DNA of 63,908 nt, filler included, from Rozella allomycis CSF55 (GCA_000442015.1; 5 parts of 5 records of this genome joined end to end with filler, not necessarily neighbours in it), one strand, 5' to 3'; positions 12,555-26,271 are shown, counted from the first letter of the whole stretch. Numbers and translations: made by a program. Notes: a model not told the origin generated them from the sequence alone.

Positions 12555-13133
12555 ATGCACATTGTCAGAATGAAACTTTTTCAGAAAGGATCATCATTTA
12601 TGAAAGAATCCCTTAGAGAATATAGTAATTTTTCAAAGTTGGTTATTCCTGCCTTTACGGACGGAAGCTGCTTAAATAATGGTCAAAAAGATACATACGC
12701 CGGTTACGCAGTCATATTTCCATTCCACAAGGATTTAAATGAACATGGCTGTATTCCTGTTAATACTAATAATAGGGCTGAAATGTTCGCAATTATAAAA
12801 GCATGCCAAATATTTGAAGAATTCGATAAAGATAAACAACATACCCTGAAAATATATACAGACTCTAAATTATGTGTGCAAACATTCAATTCTTGGATGG
12901 AAAAATGGAAAAACGAGAACTGGCAAAAGTCAACCAATGGGGCGATTCAAAATCTTGACTTTGTTCAAATAATGTATGATCTCAAAATGAGACTAGGGGA
13001 TAGAATAATTGTTAAGCATGTATTCGCGCATACAAAGGGGAAAGACTTTAAAAGTCGTTGGAATAGGAAGGCTGACGAATTGGCTAGATTGGGTGCATTG
13101 GAAACAAAAGAAAATAAATTCTTTGATTGTTGA
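12555..13133 (+). CDS. Ribonuclease H1 (catalytic domain only, intronless)
   Basis: FTDGSCLNNG, TNNRAE, IYTDS, HVFAH and WNRKADELA provide the complete DEDD set; start codon uncertain (12555/12570/12600). Confidence 0.9.
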   Translation: MHIVRMKLFQKGSSFMKESLREYSNFSKLVIPAFTDGSCLNNGQKDTYAGYAVIFPFHKDLNEHGCIPVNTNNRAEMFAIIKACQIFEEFDKDKQHTLKIYTDSKLCVQTFNSWMEKWKNENWQKSTNGAIQNLDFVQIMYDLKMRLGDRIIVKHVFAHTKGKDFKSRWNRKADELARLGALETKENKFFDC

Positions 13134-13217
13134 AATTTTATTTTTCAGTAAGTGGAAAAGATCTTATTACATTTCCGGTTTCATGTTTATTTCTTGTTGA
13201 CCTTTGACTAAAAATCG

Positions 13218-14419
13218 TTACTTGGAGAACAAGGGAAGTTTCTTTTGTTTCGATACCTGCTGAGTGTTTGAAACCCCTATAGTGGAATCCAAAGGTTCAG
13301 TAAAACGAGTATAATCCTTCTGGGATGAATTAATTGCATTGTTGTCCAAACTTTGGTTTGAATCCGTCACATTTTTTGAAGATTCCTCTTTGTCATGGTA
13401 TCTAGCCATTACCTTTGTTGCCTCATTAAAATAGCTCTTAATGAAAGCTATCCTTTTAGTCCTATCTGGGAAGCTGTAGTAGCGGTCTCTTATGTATTCA
13501 ACCTTTGAACGTAATCGCTCCACAAAATTCCCTTGAACCTTCACCGGATTTTGAGTCTCGTCAATTTCTTTGTTATCTCCAATTCAATATTACTCAATTC
13601 TTTTCCATAACTTAGTTTAACCTTGTTCTTAAAAGGAATAAAGTGAGGATGGGGAACCGCTTTAGTTATGATCACACAAGTATCAGGTTCTGTTTCTTCT
13701 GGGTGTGGTATGAGCCTAGGAAATAGGCAAAACCTCACGCTTTCATCGGGATCACGCAATTTCTCGTTAATCTTTCTATTAATCGGTGTTCACTATTACT
13801 TGTGAAGAATATCCGTATCCAAAATAGCCGTAATTATATGTTATTTGAAAGCTCAGATTTCCAAACAAATGCGAATCATTCCAAACTTCAACGGTATAGT
13901 CTAATGGTGAAGATTCAATGACATCAAATAAATGAAAAAATACTGATCCGAAACACATTTTCTCCTTGGGTGCACTTATTTGATAGCCCATAATCTGTAT
14001 TTTTAACAAATTTGTTGGCGAATAAAGCCATCTCGAGACAGTTACAGGAAAATGCTTGTATTCATTCCAATGAATCAATTTGCTTTGACTTGGGCGTGTG
14101 TTAGACGTTTTTGTCGTGTTATTTACTGTAATTTGGGCATAGAAGACATATCCTTCAGGGTCAAAATCTAAATTATATCTTTTAGGATACTTTACTTGGT
14201 ATAATGATACACAATGACTTCAGGTTAAATGACACGACACCATTCTATATCATTTGATAATAATCAATTTACAACAATGGCAGTTTGGATTTCCTCATCA
14301 AAGGTCAGCTTTCTTTGGAATTCCGACAATTTATCAAGATCATTAACCTTGGCATTACCTCTTCCCGATCGTCGCGAGGCAGAGGCACCACCAGTCGAGC
14401 GTGAGTAAGAGCGATTCAT
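13218..14419 (-). CDS. C2-domain protein, C2CD6/ALS2CR11 (CatSper-tau)-like; 5 introns
   Basis: C2-like region followed by YNYGYFGYGYSSQ..LFPRLIPHPEETEPDTCVII..VPHPHF, resembling the ALS2CR11 signature as I recall it. Confidence 0.6.
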
Positions 14420-14507
14420 TTATATTCGAAAAATTAAATCCCAAAATTAAGTATTTTCAAAGTCCAGACAATAACACTTATTTTAATTAAGTTTGGCATT
14501 TTTCAGA

Positions 14508-16092
14508 ATGACTGATGCCCAGTCGATAGACGAAACTAGATCTTTATTGAATGATGACAATAGATCGTCAAATACCTTTATATACCCAAGACCCATTTTT
14601 AAGATACTTGCCATACTATGTACTCTCCTTATTTCGTTTGGTAGCCATTATGAAAGTCACTTGTTTGCATCTTTGAAGAGTGACATTAAAAAAGTAGATC
14701 ATTTAATACACATTTCAACAGGATATGAATTTGACAAATCTTCAGTTTCATTTGTTGAGCGCTCTAGTGTCAATCCCAAACACTGTCATTCCCCTTCTCG
14801 GCGGCCTGTTCTTAGATGCTTTTGGAAGCTCCGCTGGTTCAATGCTAGCATCTTTTCTAATCTTTCTTGGTACTTCAATGAATGTGGTAGCTGTATTTAC
14901 CCGCCAATACTACTTGCTATTATCTGGTAGGTTCCTGTACGGAATTGGAGCTGGGTGTATTGTAATTATACAGGAGACTATATTGACTCACTGGTTTTAT
15001 GGTAAAAGTTTAGCGTTTGCAGTAGCATGTCAATTTACATTTTCAAGATTGGTAATTTTTTAACATCGGATCAATCTAGTCCACTTTTGTTGCGCTATCG
15101 CTATCAGAGCCTATTTCAGAGTGGACAGGATATTATGGCTATTCTATTTTAATTTCTTGCGTGCTTTGCGGCATCTCTTTCTTGTTTAATGGATTGTATT
15201 TGTTATTTGTAAAGTATTACCGAATGGGGCTATCGGAAAGAGAGCTTCAAGAGATCATGGAAAAGAAAAAAGTTGATATTAATGTATTATTCAGACTTCC
15301 ATATTATTTTTGGTTAATAACACTTGTTTCAATGCTTTTGACTTCATGTTGGAACCCCTTTATAGAAATTACGACGTAAAAATGAGCAATATGATTTAAT
15401 AGCGAATTCTTGTATCAAAAATTTAATCCCAAAGGAATTGATGTAAATTGGTCTAAAAGGGGTGTTAATTCAATGATTATTCCTGTTTTGTTGAGTACTC
15501 CAATCGGTATTATGACTGATAAATATGGAAGAAGATGTTCAAATCGTAATGAATAGAAAAGTATTAAACTAGTAATCCTCTCGGGATTTACAGCATTTTC
15601 GGGCTTTATTTTGTTGCAATATACGGAGTACCATCCCTTGATAGGCTTAATGTTGGTATCCCTAAGTTTGACCCTAGGTAATTTAAGCACTTGATTGATA
15701 AAGGTCCTGTTGCGATGATAAGTTCGATTCCCTTAATTATCCCTCTTCATGCAGTGGGCACAGCATTTGGCGTGTACAAATCATCTGCGAATATCGGAGC
15801 AGCATTAAGTCATCAAATAGTTGGGCGATTGCAGGATAACAATATGGGCAACTACGATAGGGTAATGTCTTGGTTGATAGTATGCGCATTTTTGGCAACC
15901 TTATTTTCATTTGTGTTGCTCTTTGTTGATGGAATGTATGCTTATAGATTAACAAAAACAACCAACAAATTTCGGCTGCTTGTTTCGCATTTGAGATTAG
16001 GACGAAGACCAAATAATCTTCCTCTTTATGTTTTATTAGGTTTGGCTGTTTCTGCATGGGTCATATTGATTGGATCCCTTGTAAATAAATAG
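14508..16092 (+). CDS. MFS transporter, MFSD1-like; 5 introns of 26-28 nt
   Basis: SFGSH, PNTVIPLLGGLFLD, GRFLYGIG and DKYGRR motifs; multiple hydrophobic segments. Confidence 0.85.
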
Positions 16093-16114
16093 AGATTATG
16101 ATAACACAACTTTT

Positions 16115-19100
16115 TTATTTAGAATAGAATTTCTTCAAGAATGAAACTGTCTTTGAATAATTTTGCTGGTAATGCAGATTGAGCTGTTTGGCAATAACAC
16201 CAGTCATTGGTGAGCATTTTAACTGAATATTCTTGTCAACAATTATAACAGATTCAGAAACCTATTTCACATGGTGATCATTATTTTACTATAACTTCTA
16301 TTGATTTAGCTGATAGAATAAGCGAGAGAAAGCTTGCGTTTGAAACATCCATTAAGAATAGTCTAGAGGAATGCAATAGCTTGTACGCAACGAGCCACAT
16401 TTCTCTCTGGTCGTTTTCTTGCAAATATTTGTTGATAATTTCTTGTTTGATTATACTTGTTGGATGAAGAGAAATATCCGAATAAAATTTGTCGATTAAA
16501 TTAAGCTTGTTTTGCCTTGCAATAACGAAATTGGGATAAAAAGCTAATCCCAATACAAGCGCTTGTATTTTATCGTTTTGACTGCTAATGTCCAGATCTG
16601 AATCTACTTTTAAGAATTCCACCCTTTGACAAAAAAGATAACACATTTACCCCTTTTTGGTTATTGTAGTAAACGGAGTTTCTGAATACTCTTCGGCAGT
16701 AGTTAACTGCGTTGAGAGATAAATTTTAGTTTCTTCTATTAAAACCAGATCTCCATGAGAAAAAGAATTTTTTCTAGCAAAGGAAATTGGATGATCAACC
16801 CCTGTAAAATGACACTTTCTCCAAGCCCTGTAAGCATTCCAAGAGGCTATCCAATCCGAAACATCTGATCCATATTTAGCAAAAGCGATTATTTTATCAG
16901 TGAAAATACTTTTTCCGTGACTGGCGAGCGCAGCTATTGTCAAGGCAAAATCGAGACATTGGAAATCAAGAGACAAAATTAATAGTTTTGCTAGCATGAT
17001 ATCAATAGGTAATGAAGCTATTTTGCAGCCCAAGGTTGTCAGAGATTCGGCAGAGTCCAGAGCGTTAATTTGCTGTAAGGCTTCAATCGTGGCTTTTACG
17101 GAAGCATTTGATGGAGGATCTAATGATTCTTCAAGAAAGGAGCGGATATCATCAATATTCATTAGTTTAATTTTAAGACAGAGTTGTTCAAGAGGTAATC
17201 TTTTCATTTCACATTGTTGATGCTTCTTCATCTAAATTAAAGGATTGTTGAAAATATTTACTTTATCAAACGTTTTTCTAGAGTAGAGCCTGAAACAGTA
17301 ACCTTCTTGAACTCTCCCTGCTCTGCCTTTCCTTTGATTGGCATTAGCCACTGAAATAAACTTTTCTGTTAAAGATTCCACTTTAGTAAGAGCATTGTAC
17401 CTTTTAAAAATAAAAGATTTGATTACTTTATTTCTTTGCTTTTTCCAGAATCAATTACGAAAACAACGTCAGGGATTGTAACCCCTGTTTCTGCAATGTT
17501 GGTTGACAAGACAATTTTTCTGACATTTTTGGGTGGTATTTTAAAGACTTTTAAAATAAATCAAATGAAATACCAAGAGATTGTTTATTTGAGGCCAAAG
17601 CAGAATGCAAAGGTAGAATCCAAAATGACGAGGGGTCCTTTAAATAAAATAAGCTTGACTCAATTAAACTGAGTAAATTTTGAATGCTTTGCCAACCAGG
17701 CAGAAAAACAAGAATAGAGCCAGAAGTTGAACGATAAGGTTCTTCATTACAAATTACTTCAATTAAATTCAAAATCAAATCGAGATTTAAAATGCTTTCA
17801 TTGTATTTATCCAAGAAAGAATTTGATGAATCTTGAAGATTTAAACTTTCATCTGAAATTTGAAATCTTTCCATCCTTCCAGTTTGATTGTTTTTTATTT
17901 TTAACGTCGTGGATGAAGAATTTTTGAGATTTTGTTCAAAATNATGAATAATTTTTGAGATTTTGTTCAAAATTAGAATAATCAGATTTAGAAAATGGTT
18001 AATTAATTTACTTGTTTCATTTAAAATTTCATCTAAATATTTTTCATGCACGTGATACAATCGACCAGGGATTTTAAGAATTGGACATTCATTAAAATAA
18101 TTTGAAAATTTTTCAGCATCTATTGTGGCACTCATCAAGATTAATCTATAAATATTTAAAGAGATTAAATTTTACTTGAAATCAGATCTCTTAGCAATTA
18201 ATCTTTTCATCATAATCAAAAGAAAATCTACTTGCAAAATTCTTTCGTGAACTTCATCTATTATAACGCACGTGACATCCCGAAGATCCGGATCAATCTC
18301 TAATCTACGAAGTAAAACACCATTAGTGCAATACAAAAGCCTGGTAAATTCAGAATCACATTTTTCTTGTTTAATTTGATATCCAACTAACCTTCCGCAT
18401 TTAGAATCACCAACTTCTAAAGAAACTCTTTCAGCTATTGAAATTGCAGATATTCTTCTTGGTTGTGAACAAATTATATTAACATTTCTATTCTTCAAAA
18501 TTTCTTCCATTAAAATTATTTGTGGAAGCTGCGTGCTTTTTCCACTCCCTGTCATCCCTGAAACAACAATCACTTGATTCGCATTAAATTCATCAATAAT
18601 CTCCTGCCTCGCTTGGAAAATAGGCAATTCTTGTCTTTCTTTCTACAAATCTCTCAAAATGCATAAAATTACTAGAATATTTTTGTAACTTTCTAAATTT
18701 TGATTTTCATTGATAAGTCTTTTGACTTCTTCAATCGATTTCAACTTTCGATTTTGGAAATTTCTAATTTCAGAATTTTCAAATTTCTTTTTTAAAGAAA
18801 CTTTTGGTTTGTCAAACTTAAAATTTGACATTTCAGTTGAAATAAAATCAATTCTTCTTTTTTCATTTCCATCAACAACATTATCATTCTATAATCCATC
18901 ACTATGAAATTTACTTTATTATCAAACTCAATCCATAAATCTCTAAAGACTGGAGGAAGAAGATTCTTGAAAGATTTCTTTTCAGACATTATCTCATGCA
19001 ACGCGATTGTAGAAACGAAATGCTCAGCTTCCTTTTTAGTACTACAACATTCTTTTTCCATTGTAAACTCCTTGTTTATTATGCCAGTAATGACAGCCTT

Positions 19101-20168
19101 GCACATGTACCCTGTTGCATTCAAATTACATTCAATGTCTTTTATTGCTAGTTTGCTTGCATTCTTTTGACAATATTCCTGCAATAATGTCTTTGGCGTC
19201 TTGCCTGACCACTTAGATATCGTAAAGTCTCTAAAGTGTAATTGTAAACAACCAATTCTTTCTGGCTCTTCATATTCAGCATCCATAAGTTGATCAAAGT
19301 CCATCGTTTCTTCATCATCCACTTTAACTTCTCTTCGTTTCTTTTGCTTTTCAATATCAACCTCAAAATTGGTTTTATCTTCACTTATCTTCATATTCGC
19401 CACTTGATCTTCTAACTCTAAATCATCATTCTCAACCTCATCCATCTCTGAAAAGTTTCTCAAAATCCAATCCTTGTTGACCATCATATCATTACTTTTC
19501 ACAACTTTGTCTTTGCATATTGCCTTGTTTATCTCTGGTATCTCTACATTCACTTCGTCTGTCAAAATTCTTTCTTCTTGTTTCACGTGTCCAATTCTAA
19601 CATCACCTTCCAATGCATCAACATAGAAATCATAAAATTTCTTTAAAAGGCGTTCCTTTGGCGTATTAAGGAAAATGTAATCAATCAAAGAATAAATATT
19701 TGAACAATCATTTACATTTTTAAACGCATTCTCTATTACATCAGCTGGAAGGCCATATTCTTCCAATATCACATAATTGGCATGGAGCTGATGCAAAATA
19801 TCAGAATCCGACAATCTCAAAGTATCCATAATGCCATTATCCTTTATATATTTAACAATTTGATCCTCTAATCGTTTCCCAAATTTTATTCTAGCCAACT
19901 TGCTCCTTTCTACTACGTCGCCAATCTTTTCAATGTTTTCCATCAATTTTTTATTAATCTTTTCAATTTTATATTTGCTTACATCCTCTTGATTAGCTGT
20001 TCCGGTCTTGGTCCTTGTTTCTTTTGCAGAGACCTTTTTGGTATTCTTTTCAGTATGCTTCACTTGACTTTTATCAGCATCTCCAGTTGCATTTGATTCC
20101 TTATTCTTTTTTACAGATACAGTCGAGTAAGCTCTAGGATCTGCAATATGTTTCTTCTTTTTGACCAT
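16115..20168 (-). CDS. DEAH-box RNA helicase, DHX29/DHX57-like; about 9 introns
   Basis: [52 protein letters not shown] and HA2 region; N-terminal RAYST motif and dsRBD-like segment. Confidence 0.92.
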
Positions 20169-20412
20169 GGCTATGAGAAAAATAGAAATTCTTAAAAACG
20201 TTAGTAAAGCATTGTCGTGATCGGAATTAAGACTTATTTTTTCTCATGAATTTCAACTTTAACATTCATTGTTAAAGGAAGGGAAGCCATTCTCCATAAT
20301 TTGCGATTGGTATTCTAAAAGGGAGCTGGGAGATTTAAATATAGTTACACCACATTAACAAAAAAGTCTTTTGAAGAAGGAATTATATTATCACAATAGA
20401 AATGATGTAAAA

Positions 20413-20486
20413 TGTTCCGATCCAGGATCGAACTGGAGACCTTTCGCATGTAAAGCGAACGTGATAACCAACTACACCATCGGAAC
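20413..20486 (-). tRNA. tRNA-Val(TAC)
   Basis: Cloverleaf GTTCCGA...TCGGAAC-A; anticodon arm TTCGC-TT-TAC-AT-GCGAA; GTTCGATC T-loop. Confidence 0.95.
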
Positions 20487-20906
20487 TGTTGATGAAGGTC
20501 GATGATGATTTGGCCACTTCCGAGTAACATTTCTTTCGCAATGTTATTTCTTCACTGGACGCTTGATGGAGTGACCTTTAGTACTGGGCGCTATGTCACA
20601 AACCAAATTACAGGAGAATCTTTGGAGACAGAAAGCTTAGCGGCTGCAGCGGAAGACTTGGGCTTATCACTTGAACTTATTCGCGAAGTCTCAAAACAAT
20701 ATTAATCTATGATCATCCACGAAAATGCTCGGGTGTTATAAATTTAATCGACAAAAAAGGTGTTAAAATGTATATTTATAAACTGGATCATGTTGACGAT
20801 TGCCGAGGAAGTAAATTCATAGGCCTAGTACATTATAGCAAAGATAGTATTTGACAGGAAAAGAATTCAAAGAAATTTATGATTTTATGAAGGCATGATA
20901 GAATCT

Positions 20907-21807
20907 TTATTGAATTTCTAAAAAGGGGCAAGCAAGTTTCACCAATCCACGATCCCTGTTGTTAAAGAAATCTTTTATCAAGCTGCGTAAAGATTCCTCA
21001 TTCTGGCGATCCATTTTTGTGTTAGTATCAATTTGGGCGACTCCTTTAGGAAATCTAAATTGTTTCATCCTTTGATCAAAGGAAGAAAATATTCCCATGT
21101 TTAAAATCTTTAGAGATAAAATAGGGATGTGATTTTCATTATCTAATGCAACTGATTGTTCTTCTACCTCGTCATCATTGGATTGTGAATCCTCTTGGCT
21201 TGTCCCAGTTTCTAATTCTACTAACATTGACCATTTTTAGATTACCACTTTCAACAGCATGATTATCTGACACTAATTTATTATTTCTTTGATTTTGGCA
21301 TGATCGGGAAGCTAGGACCGAAAAATATCCGGACCAAACTCTAAATTCTGCTTCATCAATAATGCACCATTTCATGGTAAATTCATAATCTGTTATTTTT
21401 ATTTCTGGGCCTTCTATTCGACAATCTAATAATGAATCTTGCAAATCAATGGTTTTCAATAAATGGTATCGCTTAGACTGACTTGATGTATCAAAGACAT
21501 ACAGTAATTCTCCATCTTTAACCATAAATGTATGGATCTTCTTTCGCAATTGAGACTTCTCCTCTACTAAATCTAACATGGAGCACCCAAAAATAAGCCC
21601 TTTTCTTCCAAATTTGTTCCAATGCTCTGCAAAAAATGCATTTGCTATAATTCCAAGACCAGTTTGTGTATAGCATTTGAAACATTGATTTGGGCAGTCG
21701 GTTGGTATCAGCATTGTTAACATGCAAGCAGGACATTCAAAGGTTTTTGTATTTAATAACGTAACCAAAATACTTGGTTCGTTTTCAATCTGTAATATGT
21801 GCTGCAT
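20907..21807 (-). CDS. Hypothetical protein with CxxC..CxxxCxxC cluster and PH-like region; one intron
   Basis: Two ORFs joinable by a 25- or 28-nt GT-AG intron near 21218-21245; FMVKDGELLYVF..EFRVWSGYF is PH-like. Confidence 0.5.
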
Positions 21808-21911
21808 TTTCTAGATTTTCCTTATTTTCCATTTAAACGAGATCCAAGGTTACAAAGTAAAATACGTTTTAATCATTGCTTGGAAACTGAATCGAATCAA
21901 AAAACATAATT

Positions 21912-22681
21912 ATGGATGATATAGAACATGATGTAAAAATATTGATACTTGGTTCTGGTGGTGTTGGTAAATCATATGTGGAAATAAAACAGGAAAATCT
22001 AGTATAATACGTCGATACTGCTTAAATCAATATATTCCTGTTTACAAGAAGACTATTGGTGTACAGTATAACGAAGCCGATATTCATGTCCAAATGGACG
22101 GCTCTAACTATCAAATAAAGTTATTGTTATATGATGCCGCCGGTCAAGAAGATTTCAATAATGTATCCGAGCAGTATTTCAGAGATGCTCAAGCTGCAAT
22201 TTTGGTTTTCTCCACAATTGATAGGGGATCATTTGATAGTTTGCGGCGTTGGAAAAGACTACTTGATAAATCATGCCCTAATATACCTAAGGTTCTTGTT
22301 CAGAATAAAGTAGATTTGATACAAAACTCATGCATCAAACCGTAAACATTAAATCTTTGGAACACACAGTGAAGAAGTTGAATCACTTTCTATGGAATGG
22401 AACATGAAGTTGTATAGAGTTAGTGTCAAGGATGATTTTAACCTCAAAAACGGTATCTGCAGCATCGCTATGTAAATTTAGTTTTCCAGTATTTGTCTGA
22501 AGTGTTTTTGGCTGGGAAATCTAAATTGAAGACTGTTCAAAACAATGATCCTTTTGTTAAAGGCAGAAAGGAAGTTAATTTGCGGCGCCTTTCATCATCG
22601 GAGTCATCGTGCGAATCCAAGAAATTTGAAAAACAAGGGAAAACAAATAGAGTAAAATCGGACAATTGCACAATTTGTTGA
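21912..22681 (+). CDS. RAB23: Rab23 small GTPase; 3 introns
   Basis: GVGKSSIIRRYC, YKKTIGV, DAAGQEDF, LVFSTIDR.SF, VLVQNKVDL, YRVSVKDDFN and VFQYL match Rab23; C-terminal CTIC. Confidence 0.88.
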
Positions 22682-22861
22682 AACTAAAAGGATCGCTTAA
22701 AGTATTTAGAATGGAATAGAATTAAATAAATTTTTACATCTTTTAATATGAATAAATTTTAATATGTTGAGCAAGTTCCCTGACCATGTTATTTTTAGAA
22801 TGGCACACCAAAGATAATTTGAGACAGGGACTTGTTTGTTTACCGAAATTTGGAAAACAAG

Positions 22862-25375
22862 ATGAGTGACCCGTTTTCATCTTCAACTCCTCAAAAATTA
22901 AGCACAAATAGAAAGTCAAAATTTTGCATAGAGAGCGAGAGTTTTGCATCAACCCCTGTTAGGCCAGAACTTATTGAAGCAATTAAGCACGGTGCATTTG
23001 ACAAAATGGATTCCGAAGATAGTGAAGAAAACAAGTTGATGTTTGTTGCTGAGCTGGGCTCATCTGTCCTTTCATATTCAAAAGAGTTAGAAGAAAAATT
23101 GCAAGAGACCATGGTTGAATATGAAAAGGCACAAAATTTAATAATAGAGTTGCAAGAACAAAATAGAATGATGCAAATTCGAGAGTTAAAGACAGCAGAA
23201 GCTACAAAAAACTTGTTGCTTAAAATGAACAGTTTAGAGCATGAAAGGAACGAAAATGTGACTAAAATAACCACGCTAGAGAATCGATTAAAAAGAAAGG
23301 ACAATGAAACTACCAGTTTGAGAAAACAGCTTTGGGATTTAGAGAGGAAAGTTGAAGAGGTTTCTGTTTCTGAAAATCAACTATTAAACATGCAATCTAC
23401 ACTAGAAGGTAGCCACGACGCAGAAATTATAAAATACAAAAGATCATTGACAGAATTAAAGAAGGAAAATTTTGAGTTGAGAAGAATACTAGACGAAGAG
23501 AAAAAGATTGAATCACCTGTGCCTCAAAGTGTCGAGAATTCTAAAAGTGAAACCATCAAATCAAATAAAGATGAAATGAATAAATTAATAATGGACTTGG
23601 CAGCAGCTGAGGAGAAAAATTTGCAGCTAGAAAATGAACTTAACGATATTAAGATAAATTATAACGAATTGAATGAAATCCTTTTAGAGTCACAGCAAGT
23701 CATTGAATCCTTTCAAAATGAAAAATACGCAACATTATCTCCTAGGTCTCCAGTCATGTCAAAGTCTAGTTCTAAGAGAATTAGTTTGATGGATGAATCG
23801 ATGGTTCTAATTAAAACGGAAAATAAAGAGGTTCAAGTTAATGAAAAAGACTTTTATTTTGTCGACGCTACAAAAGTTCATGCCCCTCAAGAGGCAGTAT
23901 CCACTGAGCCACCGATTGTGACAGTTTACAGTGATCCCATCAACTCAACAGACAAAGTCAATGTCAATGAAAAAGACTCCAATGAAGATAAATCATGTCA
24001 AATTCATGAGAAGATTATTGAAACAGCAGAGACTGAAAATGAGAAATATGACAGTTTGAAGACTACAGACACAATTCAAGTTGACAAGGAATCAAATTTA
24101 CATGAAATAGATCATTTAGACTTGACAATTAAAAAATCAACGTCATTTAGTTTGATGGATAACGTTAAAGATTTATCTGATGCACTAAAGGGCGTCGAAA
24201 TAGATTTATCAAAGTCATACGTCAATGAAGCTTCTATTAATAAATGTTTGTCTACAACCCCATTGGAGAACGATAGCGCTTTGGCGAGTGCCTCACTAGA
24301 ATTGGATCCTGAAAGATTGGAACGAATGAAAAAGAACATTTTAAATTTGAATCAAGAAAACAATTTAAACGGTACAAATTTATGACTTTCTCTCAATGCT
24401 TAGATCTTATTGGGAAAACTGAATTGGACAATATCGAGACATTTGGATCAAATTCGGTTTCTTTTCTAAAGTCGCTAGAGTTTGTTGATGGAACTCATGA
24501 TATTTCCACTGTTTTAAACTTGAGTGATTCCTTTTCAAATCTCGAACCAAAACCTTTAGCCAAAAAACGCGCGCCAAAAAAATTCAGAAATTTTAGTTTA
24601 CAGAAATGGAAAACTGAACGCCCTGCAAGGCGAGTATTTTCGCAAACAAATCAAAATGACTCAAAGGCGGATCCAGAGGAATATTCAACTAGCTCCATTA
24701 CTTCTAACTTGCACAATCCAATCACTACCATGAATCCTTCCGCTTTGGTAAACTCCATTTCTTTAATGATGGCTGGCACTTGGATGTACAAATTTCCAAG
24801 AACTAAAAACTCCCTTTGGAAAAAAAGTGATGATGTTTTGCCGGTGAAAAATTTACACAAAAGATTCTTTATAATCAATCCGTTTACAATGTCCATTATG
24901 TGGGGCGATGCCGAACCAAATGTTTGTCAGAAAACAAAGTCTGGTATGCCCTCCTAAATACTTTCATCTTAGCAAGAATAGTTGGCGTCCACGCTGAATT
25001 AAAGAAATTGCCAAAGCTTCACAATAAATCCAGTTTCAATCACGTTCAAAAGAATACAATGTCCGCATCCAATTCTCAAGTCGACATAACCCAGCTAATT
25101 GACGGTGACACAATCCGAACCAAAAGACTGGGAACAAATGAAACAGATCGCGAAGTTTTAGCGATAATCGTCAAAACAAGCAACTTGCTGCGCCCCAGGG
25201 ATGAGCTTTGCCTTGTTCCAATTTCCGTTTTTGATCAACAAACTTGGCTTCAGGTATACACAATCATTTCATGAATACACAGGGTTTAACAGTTTTGATA
25301 GAATCCAAGGAACAAAATAGAAACCTTCTAGAAAAATTTTCATTTATAGAAAACAAAAATTCTACATCAAATTAA
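22862..25375 (+). CDS. Num1/Mcp5-like cortical protein (coiled coil plus C-terminal PH); 3 introns
   Basis: AELG..L followed by a long coiled coil; MMAGTWMYKF..LHKRFFIINPFTMSIMW resembles the Mcp5/Num1 PH domain. Confidence 0.7.
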
Positions 25376-25414
25376 ATAAAAAATTTAATCATATCATATT
25401 AATTTAAGTGATTA

Positions 25415-25444
25415 CACGTGCTTCAAAGTACCGCTGAACACGTG
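25415..25444. promoter_or_regulatory. Two CACGTG E-boxes upstream of the bHLH gene
   Basis: CACGTG at 25415-25420 and 25439-25444 in an 86-bp intergenic gap. Confidence 0.5.
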
Positions 25445-25461
25445 AATTAAGCCACACACGC

Positions 25462-26138
25462 ATGGCCCAAGAAAAACAGTGTCTTTTAAATACACTGGAA
25501 TTTGAAAAAGATACTGCTTTTACTTCACATTTTACTTGTACAGATATTTCCACTGCGCAAAACCTGGATTTCTATAATTTGAATCAAATCGACAATCAGC
25601 CTTCGCTGCTTATTCAAGAGGGAAGGCGAAAATCAAGTGTTACAGATTTTAGCGGTTACCTTAGTCAAATCGTAAAACATACAAACCAATGGTCTTCAAT
25701 CCTACCATTGAAATTTGGCGCCGAAAAGGATGTACAAGACATAAGCAAGTCAGACAGTTATCCCAAAGTAGAAAGCACTTCCAATAATGAAAACGCGCCT
25801 GACACTACTATTAACGCCACGAAATACCATTCATTTAATCATTCGACATCAATTAATCGTCAACGAAAAGATGCACATTTAAAGTCTGAAAGAGAAAGAC
25901 GCAATCGATTAAATGATGCGTTTGATGAACTGAGAGATTTATTGCCCTCGTTTTACAGTAATCCGCATCGTGCAACGAAAATGTCGATTCTGGTTGAAGG
26001 TAATGAACATTTTTATCATTAAATTTAGCTAAATACTATATAGAGTTTATGGAAAATGTTTTAGGAAGAGGAGATGCTGCCGCGATAGAAGAATTAAGAA
26101 AGACATACAAAAGTTACAAGTTTCAGGCGAATTACTAA
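25462..26138 (+). CDS. bHLH transcription factor; one 29-nt intron
   Basis: RKDAHLKSERERRNRLNDAFDELRDLLP..TKMSILVEAKYYI. Confidence 0.88.
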
Positions 26139-26271
26139 TACTGATGGTCGCGTATTTGTAAATAAAATAGACTGTTGTAATATACCTTGATTTGAATTTT
26201 CGAACCGGTAGTTTACTTTCATGAAAAATTTTTAAAGGCGAACATTCATCCATGTTTACTTTTGTCAAAGA

